Assembly: GCA_948472955.1 (NCBI GenBank)
Contig: CAOKVW010000003.1
Location: 1-54,125 of the forward strand
DNA: 54,125 nt
Origin: an uncultured Clostridium sp.
Lineage (GTDB): Bacteria > Bacillota > Clostridia > TANB77 > CAG-508
Reading direction: 5' to 3'
Part shown: positions 8,694-19,621 of the stretch, piece after piece
How the letters are laid out: the number at the start of each line of letters is the position of its first letter
Numbering within the stretch: the stretch's first letter is position 1
Notes under the pieces: generated by a model
Databases searched by the model: none
The model's input: the letters and a program-made list of their open reading frames with translations, nothing else
Told to the model about the DNA's origin: nothing
Translations under genes and position numbers: made by a program

Positions 8694-11315
8694 ATGATTA
8701 ATTTGTCAAATAATACAACCAAAGACGAAGTAAATGTAATTAAATTATATGGACAAGAAGCCACATTGCCCAAAGAAGATTTTATTAAAAAATACCAAGT
8801 AAAAGAAGAAGGACTTTCCTCTAATGAAGCAGAAGAAAGGCTTCGTAATTTAGGATTGAATGAAATTAAGCAAGCCAAACCCAAAAAGTGGTATCACTAT
8901 TTTTTAGAAAGTCTATTTACCCCTTTTAATTGTATTTTACTTGGAATTGTAGCTATTTTAATTTATACCGATATTTATTTGCCACCCACGCCAAGTTATG
9001 CCAATATTATTGTAATTGCTATTTTAGTGACAGCAAGCACTTTATTAGATTTCTTCGAAGAATATCGTTCCAATAAAGCGGCAGAAGAATTAAAACAAAT
9101 GGTAGCAACCACAACCACCGTGCTTCGTAATGGAGAAAAAATTGAAATTCCCATTCGTGAAATCACCTTAGGAGATGTCGTATTTCTTTCTGCTGGTAGT
9201 ATGATTCCGGCTGACTTAAGAGTAATTGAGGCAAAAGATTTATATGTAGGACAATCCTCTTTAACTGGTGAATCAGATAGTGTTAAAAAACTTGTGGAAA
9301 CCGAAACATCCCTAGAAAATTTAGATAGTATTGCCGACTTAGACACTATTTGTTTCATGGGAACGAATGTTATTTCAGGAAGTGCCAAAGGAATTGTCAT
9401 CAAAACAGCTGACTCTACTTACTTTGGTAAAGTAGCTCACACCCTAACTCTTGGAAAACCTAAAACCGCTTTCCAAAAAGGAATTGAAAGTATTAGTAGA
9501 TTGTTAATTCGTTTCATGTTAATCATGATACCTATCGTCTTTTTACTAAATGCATGGAAACATGATATTATTACAGCATTTACTTTTGCTGTGGCAATTG
9601 CCATTGGGATTACCCCTCTCCTATTGCCTGTTATTTTATCCTCTAGCTTGTCCAAAGGTGCTATCCGAATGTCTAAGAAAAAAACCATTGTGAAAAAGCT
9701 AGATTCCATTCAGAATTTTGGTGCTATGAACATCTTATGTACCGATAAAACAGGAACTTTAACAGAGGATAAAATTGTATTAGAAAAATATCTAGACGTT
9801 CACGGAGAAGAAGATACCAGAGTTTTAAAACATGCCTTTTTAAATTCCTACTTTCAAACTGGATTAAAAGGAAACATTGATGAAGCTGTTATCCAAAGAG
9901 CTTTTGAAAATAATATGAAAGAGATTTCAGAAAAATATAAAAAAGTAGATGAAATTCCTTTTGACTTTTCTCGTAGGCGTTTATCTGTTGTCGTAAGTGA
10001 TGGTACAAAAAAGCAATTAATCACCAAAGGTGCTGTAGAAGAAATTTTAAGCATTTGTACCATGATTGATTATAAAGGAGAAGTTTCTCCTATCACGAAA
10101 GAAATCAAAGAAAATATCAGACAAATTAGTAAAAAATTAAATGAAGATGGGCTAAGAGTCGTGGCTGTATGCCAAAAAAATGATATTACTAACATCGAAA
10201 GCTTTTCAGTGGCTGACGAAAAAAATATGATATTATTAGGATTTATTGGATTTTTAGACCCTCCAAAGGAAAGTGCCAAAGAGTCCATCGAAAAATTAAA
10301 TCGTGCTGGCATTCGTGTCATGGTTTTAACAGGAGATAATGCGGAAGTCACAAGATGTATTTGTAATAAAGTTGGTATCAACTCTAAAAATATCGTATTG
10401 GGAAATAAATTGGACAAATTAACCGATGTTGCTGTTTTACGATTATTGAAGAAAACCAATATATTTGCTAAACTTTCTCCGATTCAAAAAGCTAGAATTG
10501 TAAGGCTTTTAAGAGAATCTGGAAATGTCGTAGGCTATATGGGAGATGGCATTAATGATAGTCCTTCCCTTACCAATTCCGATGTTGGAATTTCTGTTGA
10601 TACTGCCGTTGATATTGCCAAAGAAGCTGCCGATATTATCTTATTAGAAAAAGATTTAAATGTATTATTAGATGGTGTCACAGAAGGAAGACGTACCTAT
10701 GTCAATCTTATGAAATATATTAAGTTAGCAACCAGCTTCAACTTTGGAGAAGTCGTTTCTGTCATCATTGCTAGTGCTTTACTACCTTTTTTACCAGAAA
10801 CACCAATTCAATTATTAGTAGAAGGATTATTATATGATTTTGGGCAATTGACTTTACCTTTTGACCATGTAGACAAGGAATCTTTACAAAAACCAAAAAC
10901 ATTCTCCATCAAAAGTTTAAAAGATTTTATGTTTTTTATGGGACCACTTAGTTCAGCCTTTGATATGCTTGTATTTGCCTCTCTTTGGTTTATTTTCCGA
11001 GTGAGAGATGTCGCTACTTTCCAGACCATTTGGTTTAGTTATAGTATCACCTCCAATTTAGTCGGCATGCATATCATTCGTACTGCTAAATTACCATTTG
11101 TACAAAGTAATGCCCACAAAGCTGTTTACATTTCCTCTATTTCTTTAATTATGATTGGAATTTTGGTTCCTTTTACTGGATTAGGAAATTTACTTGGATT
11201 TGTACCAATTGCTGCAAAATATATTTTCTTAATTTTTGCTATTACGCTTCTTTACTGCTTTGTAGCTATTTTTGCTAAAAAGATTTATATTAAAAAATAT
11301 GGTGAATGGATATAG
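8694..11315 (+). CDS. mgtA: Magnesium-translocating P-type ATPase
   Basis: LTGES, SIQNFGAMNILCTDKTGTLT, EIPFDFSRRRLS, KGAVEE, TGDN, GDGIND. Confidence 0.9.
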   Translation: MINLSNNTTKDEVNVIKLYGQEATLPKEDFIKKYQVKEEGLSSNEAEERLRNLGLNEIKQAKPKKWYHYFLESLFTPFNCILLGIVAILIYTDIYLPPTPSYANIIVIAILVTASTLLDFFEEYRSNKAAEELKQMVATTTTVLRNGEKIEIPIREITLGDVVFLSAGSMIPADLRVIEAKDLYVGQSSLTGESDSVKKLVETETSLENLDSIADLDTICFMGTNVISGSAKGIVIKTADSTYFGKVAHTLTLGKPKTAFQKGIESISRLLIRFMLIMIPIVFLLNAWKHDIITAFTFAVAIAIGITPLLLPVILSSSLSKGAIRMSKKKTIVKKLDSIQNFGAMNILCTDKTGTLTEDKIVLEKYLDVHGEEDTRVLKHAFLNSYFQTGLKGNIDEAVIQRAFENNMKEISEKYKKVDEIPFDFSRRRLSVVVSDGTKKQLITKGAVEEILSICTMIDYKGEVSPITKEIKENIRQISKKLNEDGLRVVAVCQKNDITNIESFSVADEKNMILLGFIGFLDPPKESAKESIEKLNRAGIRVMVLTGDNAEVTRCICNKVGINSKNIVLGNKLDKLTDVAVLRLLKKTNIFAKLSPIQKARIVRLLRESGNVVGYMGDGINDSPSLTNSDVGISVDTAVDIAKEAADIILLEKDLNVLLDGVTEGRRTYVNLMKYIKLATSFNFGEVVSVIIASALLPFLPETPIQLLVEGLLYDFGQLTLPFDHVDKESLQKPKTFSIKSLKDFMFFMGPLSSAFDMLVFASLWFIFRVRDVATFQTIWFSYSITSNLVGMHIIRTAKLPFVQSNAHKAVYISSISLIMIGILVPFTGLGNLLGFVPIAAKYIFLIFAITLLYCFVAIFAKKIYIKKYGEWI

Positions 11316-11353
11316 AAAACTTGCCAAAAGGTTCGTCCTTTTTGGCAAGTTTT
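11316..11353. terminator. Bidirectional terminator between mgtA and dnaE
   Basis: AAAACTTGCCAAAA / TTTTGGCAAGTTTT. Confidence 0.8.
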
Positions 11354-14300
11354 TTATTCTAATATTTGCACATTTTCTTTTCCCAAAATATCTTCAAACA
11401 CTCCTTGAATCTGCTCTGTCCAATAAATCTGTCCGCATGGTTTTAGTTCTTTCTCTATCCTAATTTGCACATTCATATTATTTCTATCCCCATTAAAATA
11501 TCGCAAAGCACCTCTTAACTTTTCCTTCTCTTCTTCATTAGCATTCGTAATATCAAGGGTAAAAATCTTTTGTTTTTGATTACCAAAATCTTTTAATTCA
11601 TTGGCAATAATAGTAGTCGTATCATCTTCTCGAATACTCAAACGACCATCGACCACAACAATATTTTCTTCTACTAAACTTTTACCTGCTGTTAAGTAAG
11701 CATTCTCAAATACAATGATTTCAGCTGTACCATATAAATCTTCTATCGTAACAAAAGCCATAATTTTATTGTTTTTTGTATATTTCTTTTTAATCGAAGT
11801 AATAATTCCTATATATTTTATTTTTTGTCCATCCACAAATTTTGGTTTCTCGTTTCTTACTCCTTCTTCTGTTAGCATTTGTGAACTCATTTGCTCGTCT
11901 AACTCTCTTAATTGCATCGTATTAATCGTTGCTTGTGCTTCGATTTGACTTCTCAATTTTTCCAATGGGTGACCAGAAATATAAATTCCTAGCATTTCCT
12001 TTTCAATCGATAACAGCTCTTTATTTGACATTTCTTCTTGTTCATAAAATTTATATTTAACCTCATTCATTTCCTCTTTTTCTTGTTCAGAGCCTAAATC
12101 AAACATAGAAACTTGTCCCGCTAAACCTCTTTTCTTACTACTTTGAATGGCATCGATAATTCCTTCAAAAGAAGCTAATAAAGTACTTCTTGTTTGTTCA
12201 AACTCATCAAATGCACCTGCTTTTATTAAACTTTCGATACATTTTTTATTAACCGCTTCCTCTGCTATTCTCTCACAAAAATCAGTAAAACTCTTATAAT
12301 GTCCATTTTCTTTTCTTTCTTTCACAATGCTATTAACTGGTACAGTTCCCACATTTTTAATACTTCCTAAACCAAAACGAACCTTAGCTTTTGACTGTGA
12401 TGGCGACTCTGGTACTGGTTGCTTTGTACTTGTCGATTTTGAGTCTGACTCGCCATTACCATGAACTTCATCATATTCAGTTGTGAATTTAGCATCACTT
12501 TTGTTGATTTCTGGTTTCAATATTTCGATGCCAAGTAATTTGCATTCATCAATATATTGTGGTATTTTGTCTAAGTTTCCTAAAAAGCTATTTAGGGTGG
12601 CTGCCATAAATTCTGCTGGGTAATAAGCTTTTAAGTAGGCCGTTCGGTAAGCAATGACAGCATAACAAGCTGCATGTGATTTATTGAAGGCATATTTCGC
12701 AAATTCTGCCATTTCATCAAATATTTTATTGGCAGATGCTTCGTCAATTCCATTTCTAACACATCCTGGCACAACTACATTGCCTTCGTCGTCTACTTGT
12801 CCATGGATAAAGACTTCTCTTTCTTTTGCCATGACATCTAGCTTTTTCTTTCCCATCGCTCTTCTTACTAAGTCAGCTCTTCCTAGTGAATAGCCAGCTA
12901 AATCACGTACAATCTGCATAACTTGTTCTTGATACACCATACAACCATAAGTTACATTTAGGATTGGCTCTAATCGTGGATGGGTATATTCATTGTGTCC
13001 TGGATTTAGTTTTCCTTTTACATATCTTGGAATTTGGTCCATTGGTCCTGGTCTGTATAGAGATACTCCTGCTATCAAGTCTTCTAAACAATCTGGTTTT
13101 AGTTCCTTCATGAAATTTGTCATACCTTGTGACTCAAATTGGAAGATTCCACAGGATTTTCCCTCTTGCCATAGTTTATATACTTTTGGGTCTGCCATTT
13201 CTTGGTCAAATTCGACATCAATGCCCCTATTTTCTTTCACTAAGTCAATGGTATCTTGAATGACTGTCAAAGTTCTTAACCCTAAAAAGTCCATTTTTAA
13301 TAAACCCAATTCCTCTAAAGTTGTCATGATGTATTGGGTTGAAATTTGGTCATCTCGAACATACAATGGTACATAAGTATCTACTGGTTCTTTGGTGATA
13401 ACTACTCCACAAGCATGTGTAGATGCCTGTCTTGGCATTCCTTCTAACGCCATCGCAATATCTAATACCTTTTTTACCGTTTCGTCTGTTTCATATCGTT
13501 CTTTTAGTTCTTTATTTTGTTCTAATGCCTTTTGAATCGTAATATGCAATTCATTTGGTATCATTTTTGCTAAACTATCCGCTTCTGAATATGGCACATC
13601 TAACACCCTTGCCACATCACGGATAACCATTTTAGCTGCCATCGTTCCAAATGTGATAATCTGAGATACATGGTCATGTCCATATTTTTCCGATACGTAG
13701 TCAATTACATCTTGTCTATGTTCATAACAAAAATCAACATCAAAGTCAGGCATACTAATTCTTTCTGGATTTAAAAATCTTTCAAAAAGAAGACCATATT
13801 TCATAGGGTCAATATCTGTGATTTCAATGGCATACGCGATAATAGAACCTGCTCCTGAACCTCGTCCTGGTCCTACTGGTATCCCATGTGTTTTGGCATA
13901 ATGAATAAAGTCCCATACAATTAGGAAATAGTCAACATATCCCATTTTTTGAATCACACCAAGTTCATATTCCATTCTGTCTAATATTTCTTGGGATGGA
14001 TTTTCTCCATATCTATTTTTGATTCCGTCATCACATAATTTTTTAAAATAATCATAATGAGTTGAAAATTCTTCTGGCACATCGTAATTTGGCAAAATGG
14101 TATGACCAAATTCGAATTCCACATTACATTTTTCCGCAATTTTGACGGTATTCTCAATCGCATCTGGAAAGGCTTTGAAATACTCTATCATTTCTTCTGG
14201 TGATTTCACATATAATTCATCTGTTTCAAAACGCATTCGGTCCATATCACTCATTCTTTTGCCTGTTTGAATACAAAGTAAAACTTCGTGATTATAGGCA

Positions 14301-14938
14301 TCTTCTCTTTTTAGATAATGAGCATCATTGGTAGCCACTAGTGGAATCTCTAATTTTCTAGCTAAAGCAATTAATTTTTGATTAGCCAAAACTTGTTCTT
14401 TTATCCCATTGTTTTGAATTTCGATATAATAATCTTCTCCAAATACTTTTTTATGCCAAAGTGCAATTTCTTCTGCCTTTTGATTGTCTCCCTTTAATAA
14501 GGCTTGATTGACAGAACCTGCTAAACAAGCACTTAAGCATATTAATCCTTCGTGGTATTTTTCTAATACCTCTAAGTCGATACGAGGTTTATAATAATAA
14601 CCATCTACAAATCCAATGGAGACTAGTTTACTCAAATTTTGATATCCTTGCTGATTTTTTGCCAATAAGATTAAGTGATTGTATCGATTATCAATGTTTG
14701 GCTCTTTATCAAAACGGCTTCTTGGTGCTACATAGACCTCACATCCAATGATTGGCTTAATGCCTTCTTTTTTACAGGCTTTATAGAAATCGATGGCTCC
14801 ATACATCGCCCCATGGTCAGTGATGGCTATGGCATCCATTCCTAATTCTTTGGCTCTTACCGGTAAGTCTTTGATTCGATTGGCTCCATCTAGTAAACTG
14901 AATTCACTGTGGATATGTAAATGCACAAATTTTGACAT
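11354..14938 (-). CDS. dnaE: DNA polymerase III alpha subunit
   Basis: HLHIHSEFSLLDG PHP domain, GPGRGSGAGS, RISMPDFDVDF, KMDFLGL, YAFNKSHA. Confidence 0.97.
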   Translation of the reverse strand: MSKFVHLHIHSEFSLLDGANRIKDLPVRAKELGMDAIAITDHGAMYGAIDFYKACKKEGIKPIIGCEVYVAPRSRFDKEPNIDNRYNHLILLAKNQQGYQNLSKLVSIGFVDGYYYKPRIDLEVLEKYHEGLICLSACLAGSVNQALLKGDNQKAEEIALWHKKVFGEDYYIEIQNNGIKEQVLANQKLIALARKLEIPLVATNDAHYLKREDAYNHEVLLCIQTGKRMSDMDRMRFETDELYVKSPEEMIEYFKAFPDAIENTVKIAEKCNVEFEFGHTILPNYDVPEEFSTHYDYFKKLCDDGIKNRYGENPSQEILDRMEYELGVIQKMGYVDYFLIVWDFIHYAKTHGIPVGPGRGSGAGSIIAYAIEITDIDPMKYGLLFERFLNPERISMPDFDVDFCYEHRQDVIDYVSEKYGHDHVSQIITFGTMAAKMVIRDVARVLDVPYSEADSLAKMIPNELHITIQKALEQNKELKERYETDETVKKVLDIAMALEGMPRQASTHACGVVITKEPVDTYVPLYVRDDQISTQYIMTTLEELGLLKMDFLGLRTLTVIQDTIDLVKENRGIDVEFDQEMADPKVYKLWQEGKSCGIFQFESQGMTNFMKELKPDCLEDLIAGVSLYRPGPMDQIPRYVKGKLNPGHNEYTHPRLEPILNVTYGCMVYQEQVMQIVRDLAGYSLGRADLVRRAMGKKKLDVMAKEREVFIHGQVDDEGNVVVPGCVRNGIDEASANKIFDEMAEFAKYAFNKSHAACYAVIAYRTAYLKAYYPAEFMAATLNSFLGNLDKIPQYIDECKLLGIEILKPEINKSDAKFTTEYDEVHGNGESDSKSTSTKQPVPESPSQSKAKVRFGLGSIKNVGTVPVNSIVKERKENGHYKSFTDFCERIAEEAVNKKCIESLIKAGAFDEFEQTRSTLLASFEGIIDAIQSSKKRGLAGQVSMFDLGSEQEKEEMNEVKYKFYEQEEMSNKELLSIEKEMLGIYISGHPLEKLRSQIEAQATINTMQLRELDEQMSSQMLTEEGVRNEKPKFVDGQKIKYIGIITSIKKKYTKNNKIMAFVTIEDLYGTAEIIVFENAYLTAGKSLVEENIVVVDGRLSIREDDTTTIIANELKDFGNQKQKIFTLDITNANEEEKEKLRGALRYFNGDRNNMNVQIRIEKELKPCGQIYWTEQIQGVFEDILGKENVQILE

Positions 14939-15088
14939 GATTTTCTCCTCTCTTTTCTCGATTATATCACTTTTCTAATTAAATATCTATTATTTTTCAG
15001 ATTTAAGTTTCAGTTTTACACGAAATCTTTTTTATGGTATACTACAATATAGTAAAAAATGAATCAAAATGGAAAGGATTTAATTACT

Positions 15089-15508
15089 ATGAATTTTATC
15101 TTTGAAAGAAAAATTAATTATTACGAAACAGATAGAATGGGAGTTGTTCACCACTCCAATTATATTCGTTTTTTAGAAGAAGCTAGATGTGAAATGCTAG
15201 CCTCCCATAACATGCCTTATTCTGCTTTCGAGGAGCAAGGTGTTATGATTCCTGTTTTAGGTGTTAATTGTGATTATAAATCACATGTTACCTTTGATGA
15301 TGTGATAACAATCAAACCTTTTGTAAAAGAATTTAATGGCGTTCGTTTGACGATGGGTTATCATATAACAAATAAAAATACGGGTAATTTAATTTTAATA
15401 GGTGAAACAAAACATTGCTTTACTGATTTAAACTTAAGACCAATTCGTCTACAAAAACAAATTCCTGATTTTTATGATAAATTTATTACTTTAAAATTAG
15501 ATAAGTAA
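15089..15508 (+). CDS. Acyl-CoA thioesterase (YbgC/4HBT-like hotdog fold)
   Basis: YYETDRMGVVHHSNYIRFLEEAR. Confidence 0.88.
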   Translation: MNFIFERKINYYETDRMGVVHHSNYIRFLEEARCEMLASHNMPYSAFEEQGVMIPVLGVNCDYKSHVTFDDVITIKPFVKEFNGVRLTMGYHITNKNTGNLILIGETKHCFTDLNLRPIRLQKQIPDFYDKFITLKLDK

Positions 15509-15513
15509 ATTAT

Positions 15514-15545
15514 AAAGTTATTTCGTTAAATTGAAATAACTTTTT
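15514..15545 (+). terminator. Intrinsic terminator
   Basis: AAAGTTATTTC / GAAATAACTTT followed by T run. Confidence 0.7.
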
Positions 15546-15623
15546 CTTATGCGAATTATCTTTTATTCACTAATCGACAAAATATGACATAGAATATAAT
15601 ATCTCATATTAAGAGGTGATAAA

Positions 15624-16479
15624 ATGAATCTAATTAAAAAAGGAGATATTGTAGCAAGAAAATCTTATGAAAAAGATATTTTATTTCTGGTAAAAAATAT
15701 TATCCATACACCCTCAAAAAAAATTGCCATCTTAAAAGGACTTGTTGACAGAATTGAAGTAGATAGTGATATAGAAGATTTAGAAATCGTTGACAAACAA
15801 ACCGTAAATAAAAAAATAGAAACCTTTCATTCTAAAATGGACAGTAAAATAACAGAAACAAAAGAAAAAAGAAATACAGATGAATACAAAATCGGAATAC
15901 TTAGTCAAAATAGTAGAAATAAAGAAAAAATCATAACAGGAAAAATACTGCACTTAGATGGCGATAGAAAATATAGTCAAAAATCTTATTATTATTATAA
16001 AAAATTAGGCTTAAATGCCATTGTAAAAAACATACCTGAATATCGACAACCAAGAGTCATCTATCGTCTATTACAAAAATACAATCCTGATATACTTGTC
16101 ATAACAGGACATGATGGTATGATAAAAAAAGGAAGAGACTATAATAACATCTATAATTATAGAAATTCCAAATATTTTATTCAAACTGTTAAAGAAGCAA
16201 GAAAATTTGACCAAGAAACCAACAATCATCTAGTTATCTTTGCCCGGTGCTTGTCAAAGTTATTTTGAAGCCATCATTTCAGCTGGAGCAAATTTTGCCT
16301 CTTCCCCTGCTAGAATATTAATTGATTTTTTAGACCCTTTAGTAATTGCAGAAAAAATTGCATTTACCGAGAAATACAAATATGTGACAATGGATGATAT
16401 TGCCAAAGAACTAAGAGATGGAAAGAAAGGCGTGAGTGGAATAGGAGCCAATGGAAAAATGATAAAAGAATTAAATTAA
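15624..16479 (+). CDS. yabG: Sporulation cysteine protease YabG, +1 shift at CGG 16245; 284 aa if joined
   Basis: GDIVARKSY, GKILHLDGD, PDILVITGHD, YRNSKYF, then LVIFA|GACQS and GANFASSP in the +1 frame. Confidence 0.92.
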
Positions 16480-16615
16480 TTCAATTTATAAATAAATATA
16501 ACCCAACTTAATATTTTTGTAATGTAATTGTAATATAACTGTAAATTACAGGTTTGAAAACGCTAAATCCCTTGAAATCAGTTAGATATAGGCATTTGAC
16601 AAAACTTTGTCTTTT

Positions 16616-16644
16616 TTGACAATTTGCGTAGAAAATGCTATAAT
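16616..16644 (+). promoter_or_regulatory. Consensus sigma-A promoter of veg
   Basis: TTGACA-17 nt-TATAAT with TG extension. Confidence 0.8.
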
Positions 16645-16672
16645 CAAGCCATCTTAAGGGAGAGGTGATTAC

Positions 16673-16969
16673 ATGATTTGTCGTACAGATATAACAAATC
16701 TAAAAACAGACATCTTAGATAAAGTGGGTCAAAAGATAATCGTAAAAGGTTCTTTAGGAAGAAGTAAAGCCTTTGAAAAAGAAGCTACAATAGAAAAAGC
16801 CTATCCAAATATTTTCGTTGTAAAATATGAAGAAAATGATAGAAATGTTACTTATAGTTATACAGATGTATTAACTAGAACCGTTGAAGTCGAGGTTTTT
16901 GATGGAGACTCCTACTCCCCATTAATACCTCCAGCAGTAGAAAACAAAAGAAAAAAAACAGTTTTATAA
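16673..16969 (+). CDS. veg: Veg family protein
   Basis: GR.K...A.IEKAYPNIFVV...TYSYTDVLT; follows yabG as in Bacillota. Confidence 0.9.
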   Translation: MICRTDITNLKTDILDKVGQKIIVKGSLGRSKAFEKEATIEKAYPNIFVVKYEENDRNVTYSYTDVLTRTVEVEVFDGDSYSPLIPPAVENKRKKTVL

Positions 16970-16994
16970 AAAGCAGAGGCAACTCTGTTTTTTT
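16968..16994 (+). terminator. Intrinsic terminator of veg
   Basis: AAAAAGCAGAG-GCAA-CTCTGTTTTTTT. Confidence 0.75.
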
Positions 16995-17012
16995 ATTACT
17001 TAACATCAATAT

Positions 17013-17133
17013 AAAAGTTTATTCTATTTTTTATGCAGTAACAATTCGGGGGGACCGACAAGAATACAGTCTGTTATGTAATTACAGACTGTTCGCAGTT
17101 GGGAGTTACAAATAAAAAATAGAATAAACTTTT
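17013..17133. repeat. Long intergenic palindrome (121 bp)
   Basis: Perfect 22-bp terminal inverted repeat AAAAGTTTATTCTATTTTTTAT; inner ACAGTCTGT/ACAGACTGT hairpin. Confidence 0.85.
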
Positions 17134-17202
17134 TTTAACTGTCATAAACTTATCTATCTCCTAATATACATGTTATAAAGAAAAAAAAAGGAGGTAAACC
17201 AA

Positions 17203-18750
17203 ATGGTTTTAGAAACAGTAAACGAAAACTTATGTGTAAATAAATTAATTGCTTCTAAAAAGGACATCATAATGGTAGAAGGAGATATGATAGTTCCAGA
17301 TTCTAAGCCAGATATTTTAAACACAATTTGTACAAGTGGGGTTGTATGTATCTATAAAAAAGATGTATTAGATGAAAAAGTCAGAATTGACGGAAACATT
17401 AATACCAATATTATGTATTTAGCAGATGACTCCCAAGACAAGGTTAGAGGAATTAATACCAGTCTAGACTTTTCAGAGGTGATTCCTGTTTCCAATGCAG
17501 GAGAAGGAATGGAATCTGTCGTACAAACGAAATTAAAATCCATCGAATGTAAAGTAATCAATGGCAGAAAAATAGGAATCAAAGCCACTTTAGAAATAGA
17601 CATCAAGATATATGCAAAAGAAGAGGTAGAAATCGTAAACAATATCCAAAATGCAGAAGGCATACAAATGTTAAAAGAGGATTTACGTGTTAATTCTTTG
17701 GTGGGAATGGGCGAAAATAAAATTTACACAAAAGACAATATTTCTATTGATACAATTGACAACTTAGCCGAGATATTAAAAACAGATATTGCAATTGTCG
17801 ACAAAGATGTCAAAGTAAGTTACAACAAAATTTTAGCCAAAGCAGAAGCAAAAATAAAAATAATGTATTTAACAGAGGATAATAGAGTCAACTCTATTGA
17901 TACCAAAATACCAATTGTTGGGTTTGTTGATATACCAAATGTAACAGAAGAAAATATCTGTGATTTAGATTATGAAATCAAAAATATGATTATCAAACCA
18001 AATGCACCTGAAGAACATTCCATTTATATTGAATTAGAAATGGGAGTTGTTGCTGTTGTATATGAAGAAAAACAAATTAATCTCATTCAAGACCTATATA
18101 GTCCTTGCGAAAATCTAGAGTTTAACAAAAAGAAAATAACCACCATAACCAATAAGCAAACTCGTAAGGAAATGAAGCAAATTAGAGAAAAAGTAGAAAT
18201 AGATGGTATAGAAAATAAAAATATAATTGACGTAGATGTTAATCCTATTATTGAAAAACAAGATAATTTAGCCAATCGAATTGTATACACTGGTACATTA
18301 GAAATTAACTTTATGCTATCCAATCAAGACTTACAAATGGAAATACGAAATTCAAAAATACCATTTGAATATACAATTGATGGTGTAGAAGATTCTGAAA
18401 ATGTCAATTGCAAATTAGAGGTAGAGGTTGCCAATCAAGATTTTATTCTTCAAGATGGCGGAATGGTTTCTAGTAACATAGATTTAATGATGAATACAGA
18501 TATGTATCGAAATACCAATATGAATATTATGAATGAAATTCAAACAAATGGTGAAAGAGAAGCCGAAGATTATAGCCTAATTCTTTATCTTGTTAAAAAA
18601 GGAGATTCCTTATGGCAAATTGCTAAAAGATATGGCAGTACGGTGGATGATATTGTAAGAACCAATGGAATTGAAGATGAGAATCGCATTACTCCTGGAC
18701 AAAAATTATTTATTCCTCGCTATGTTAAAACAGGAATTACTTATGCATAA
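17203..18750 (+). CDS. Spore coat morphogenetic protein with SPOCS (DUF3794) domains and C-terminal LysM (SipL-like)
   Basis: VEGDMIVPDSKPDI N-terminus; YLVKKGDSLWQIAKRYG LysM; AAGGAGG RBS. Confidence 0.85.
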   Translation: MVLETVNENLCVNKLIASKKDIIMVEGDMIVPDSKPDILNTICTSGVVCIYKKDVLDEKVRIDGNINTNIMYLADDSQDKVRGINTSLDFSEVIPVSNAGEGMESVVQTKLKSIECKVINGRKIGIKATLEIDIKIYAKEEVEIVNNIQNAEGIQMLKEDLRVNSLVGMGENKIYTKDNISIDTIDNLAEILKTDIAIVDKDVKVSYNKILAKAEAKIKIMYLTEDNRVNSIDTKIPIVGFVDIPNVTEENICDLDYEIKNMIIKPNAPEEHSIYIELEMGVVAVVYEEKQINLIQDLYSPCENLEFNKKKITTITNKQTRKEMKQIREKVEIDGIENKNIIDVDVNPIIEKQDNLANRIVYTGTLEINFMLSNQDLQMEIRNSKIPFEYTIDGVEDSENVNCKLEVEVANQDFILQDGGMVSSNIDLMMNTDMYRNTNMNIMNEIQTNGEREAEDYSLILYLVKKGDSLWQIAKRYGSTVDDIVRTNGIEDENRITPGQKLFIPRYVKTGITYA

Positions 18751-19463
18751 GATTTATTCTAGACCAAGAATTAGAATCCCTAAAATTATCGTACACTCTA
18801 GAAAAAAAATGCAAAGTGAAAAAGCTAAAAAGATGTCTACACTATTCATTATTTTAGTCATAGCTTTTGCTACCATGAAACTTATTCTAGATGCCGTGCT
18901 ACCCATTTTTGATACACTATGCGAAAATAGAGCAAAGTCAATAGCCACTATGGTATCTAACGAACAGGCAACTAATGTAATGAAACAGCATACTTATGAT
19001 GAACTATTTTCAATTGATAAAGACAACAATGGCAATATTACGATGATAAGGTCAAATGTCATACCCATAAATGAAATTATTTCTGACGTAGCTAATAAAA
19101 TCCAAGAAGAAATTGACCACAAAGGAAGAGACCATATAGAGATTGCCATTCGGTAGTTTTACTGGTTTTAAAATGTTGGCAGGAAGAGGTCCTGGTGTTA
19201 AGATAACCATATCCTCAGTTGGCGATGTTGAAACAGACTTAAGAAGTGAATTTACAGCACAGGGAATCAATCAAACCTTACATAGAGTATATTTACAAGT
19301 AAAATGTAATGTAAATATCTTAACACCATTTGATAATATTTCACGAGAGATTACCAATCAAGTCTTATTAATGGAAAATGTAATTGTTGGCAATATTCCT
19401 AATACTTATTATAATTTAGAAGGTATCAATGGAAATAGTAATGCTTTAGAAATAATTGAATAA
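18743..19463 (+). CDS. yunB: Sporulation protein YunB, +1 shift at CGG 19151; 239 aa if joined
   Basis: N-terminal TM; IEIAI|GSFTG..LAGRGP, SEF..QGINQTLHRVYL, IVGNIPNTYY. Confidence 0.88.
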
Positions 19464-19621
19464 AATGATACATTTTACTTGTATTTCTTGCTTTATTATG
19501 ATATAGTTAGATAAGTTTCAAAAAAGAAACTCATATGAATTTATTTTAAGTTATTTCCCTTCTTTTTAGATTGGTTAAGTAAAAAAATAATTCAAATCAT
19601 TCTAAAAAGGAGGTTTATATA

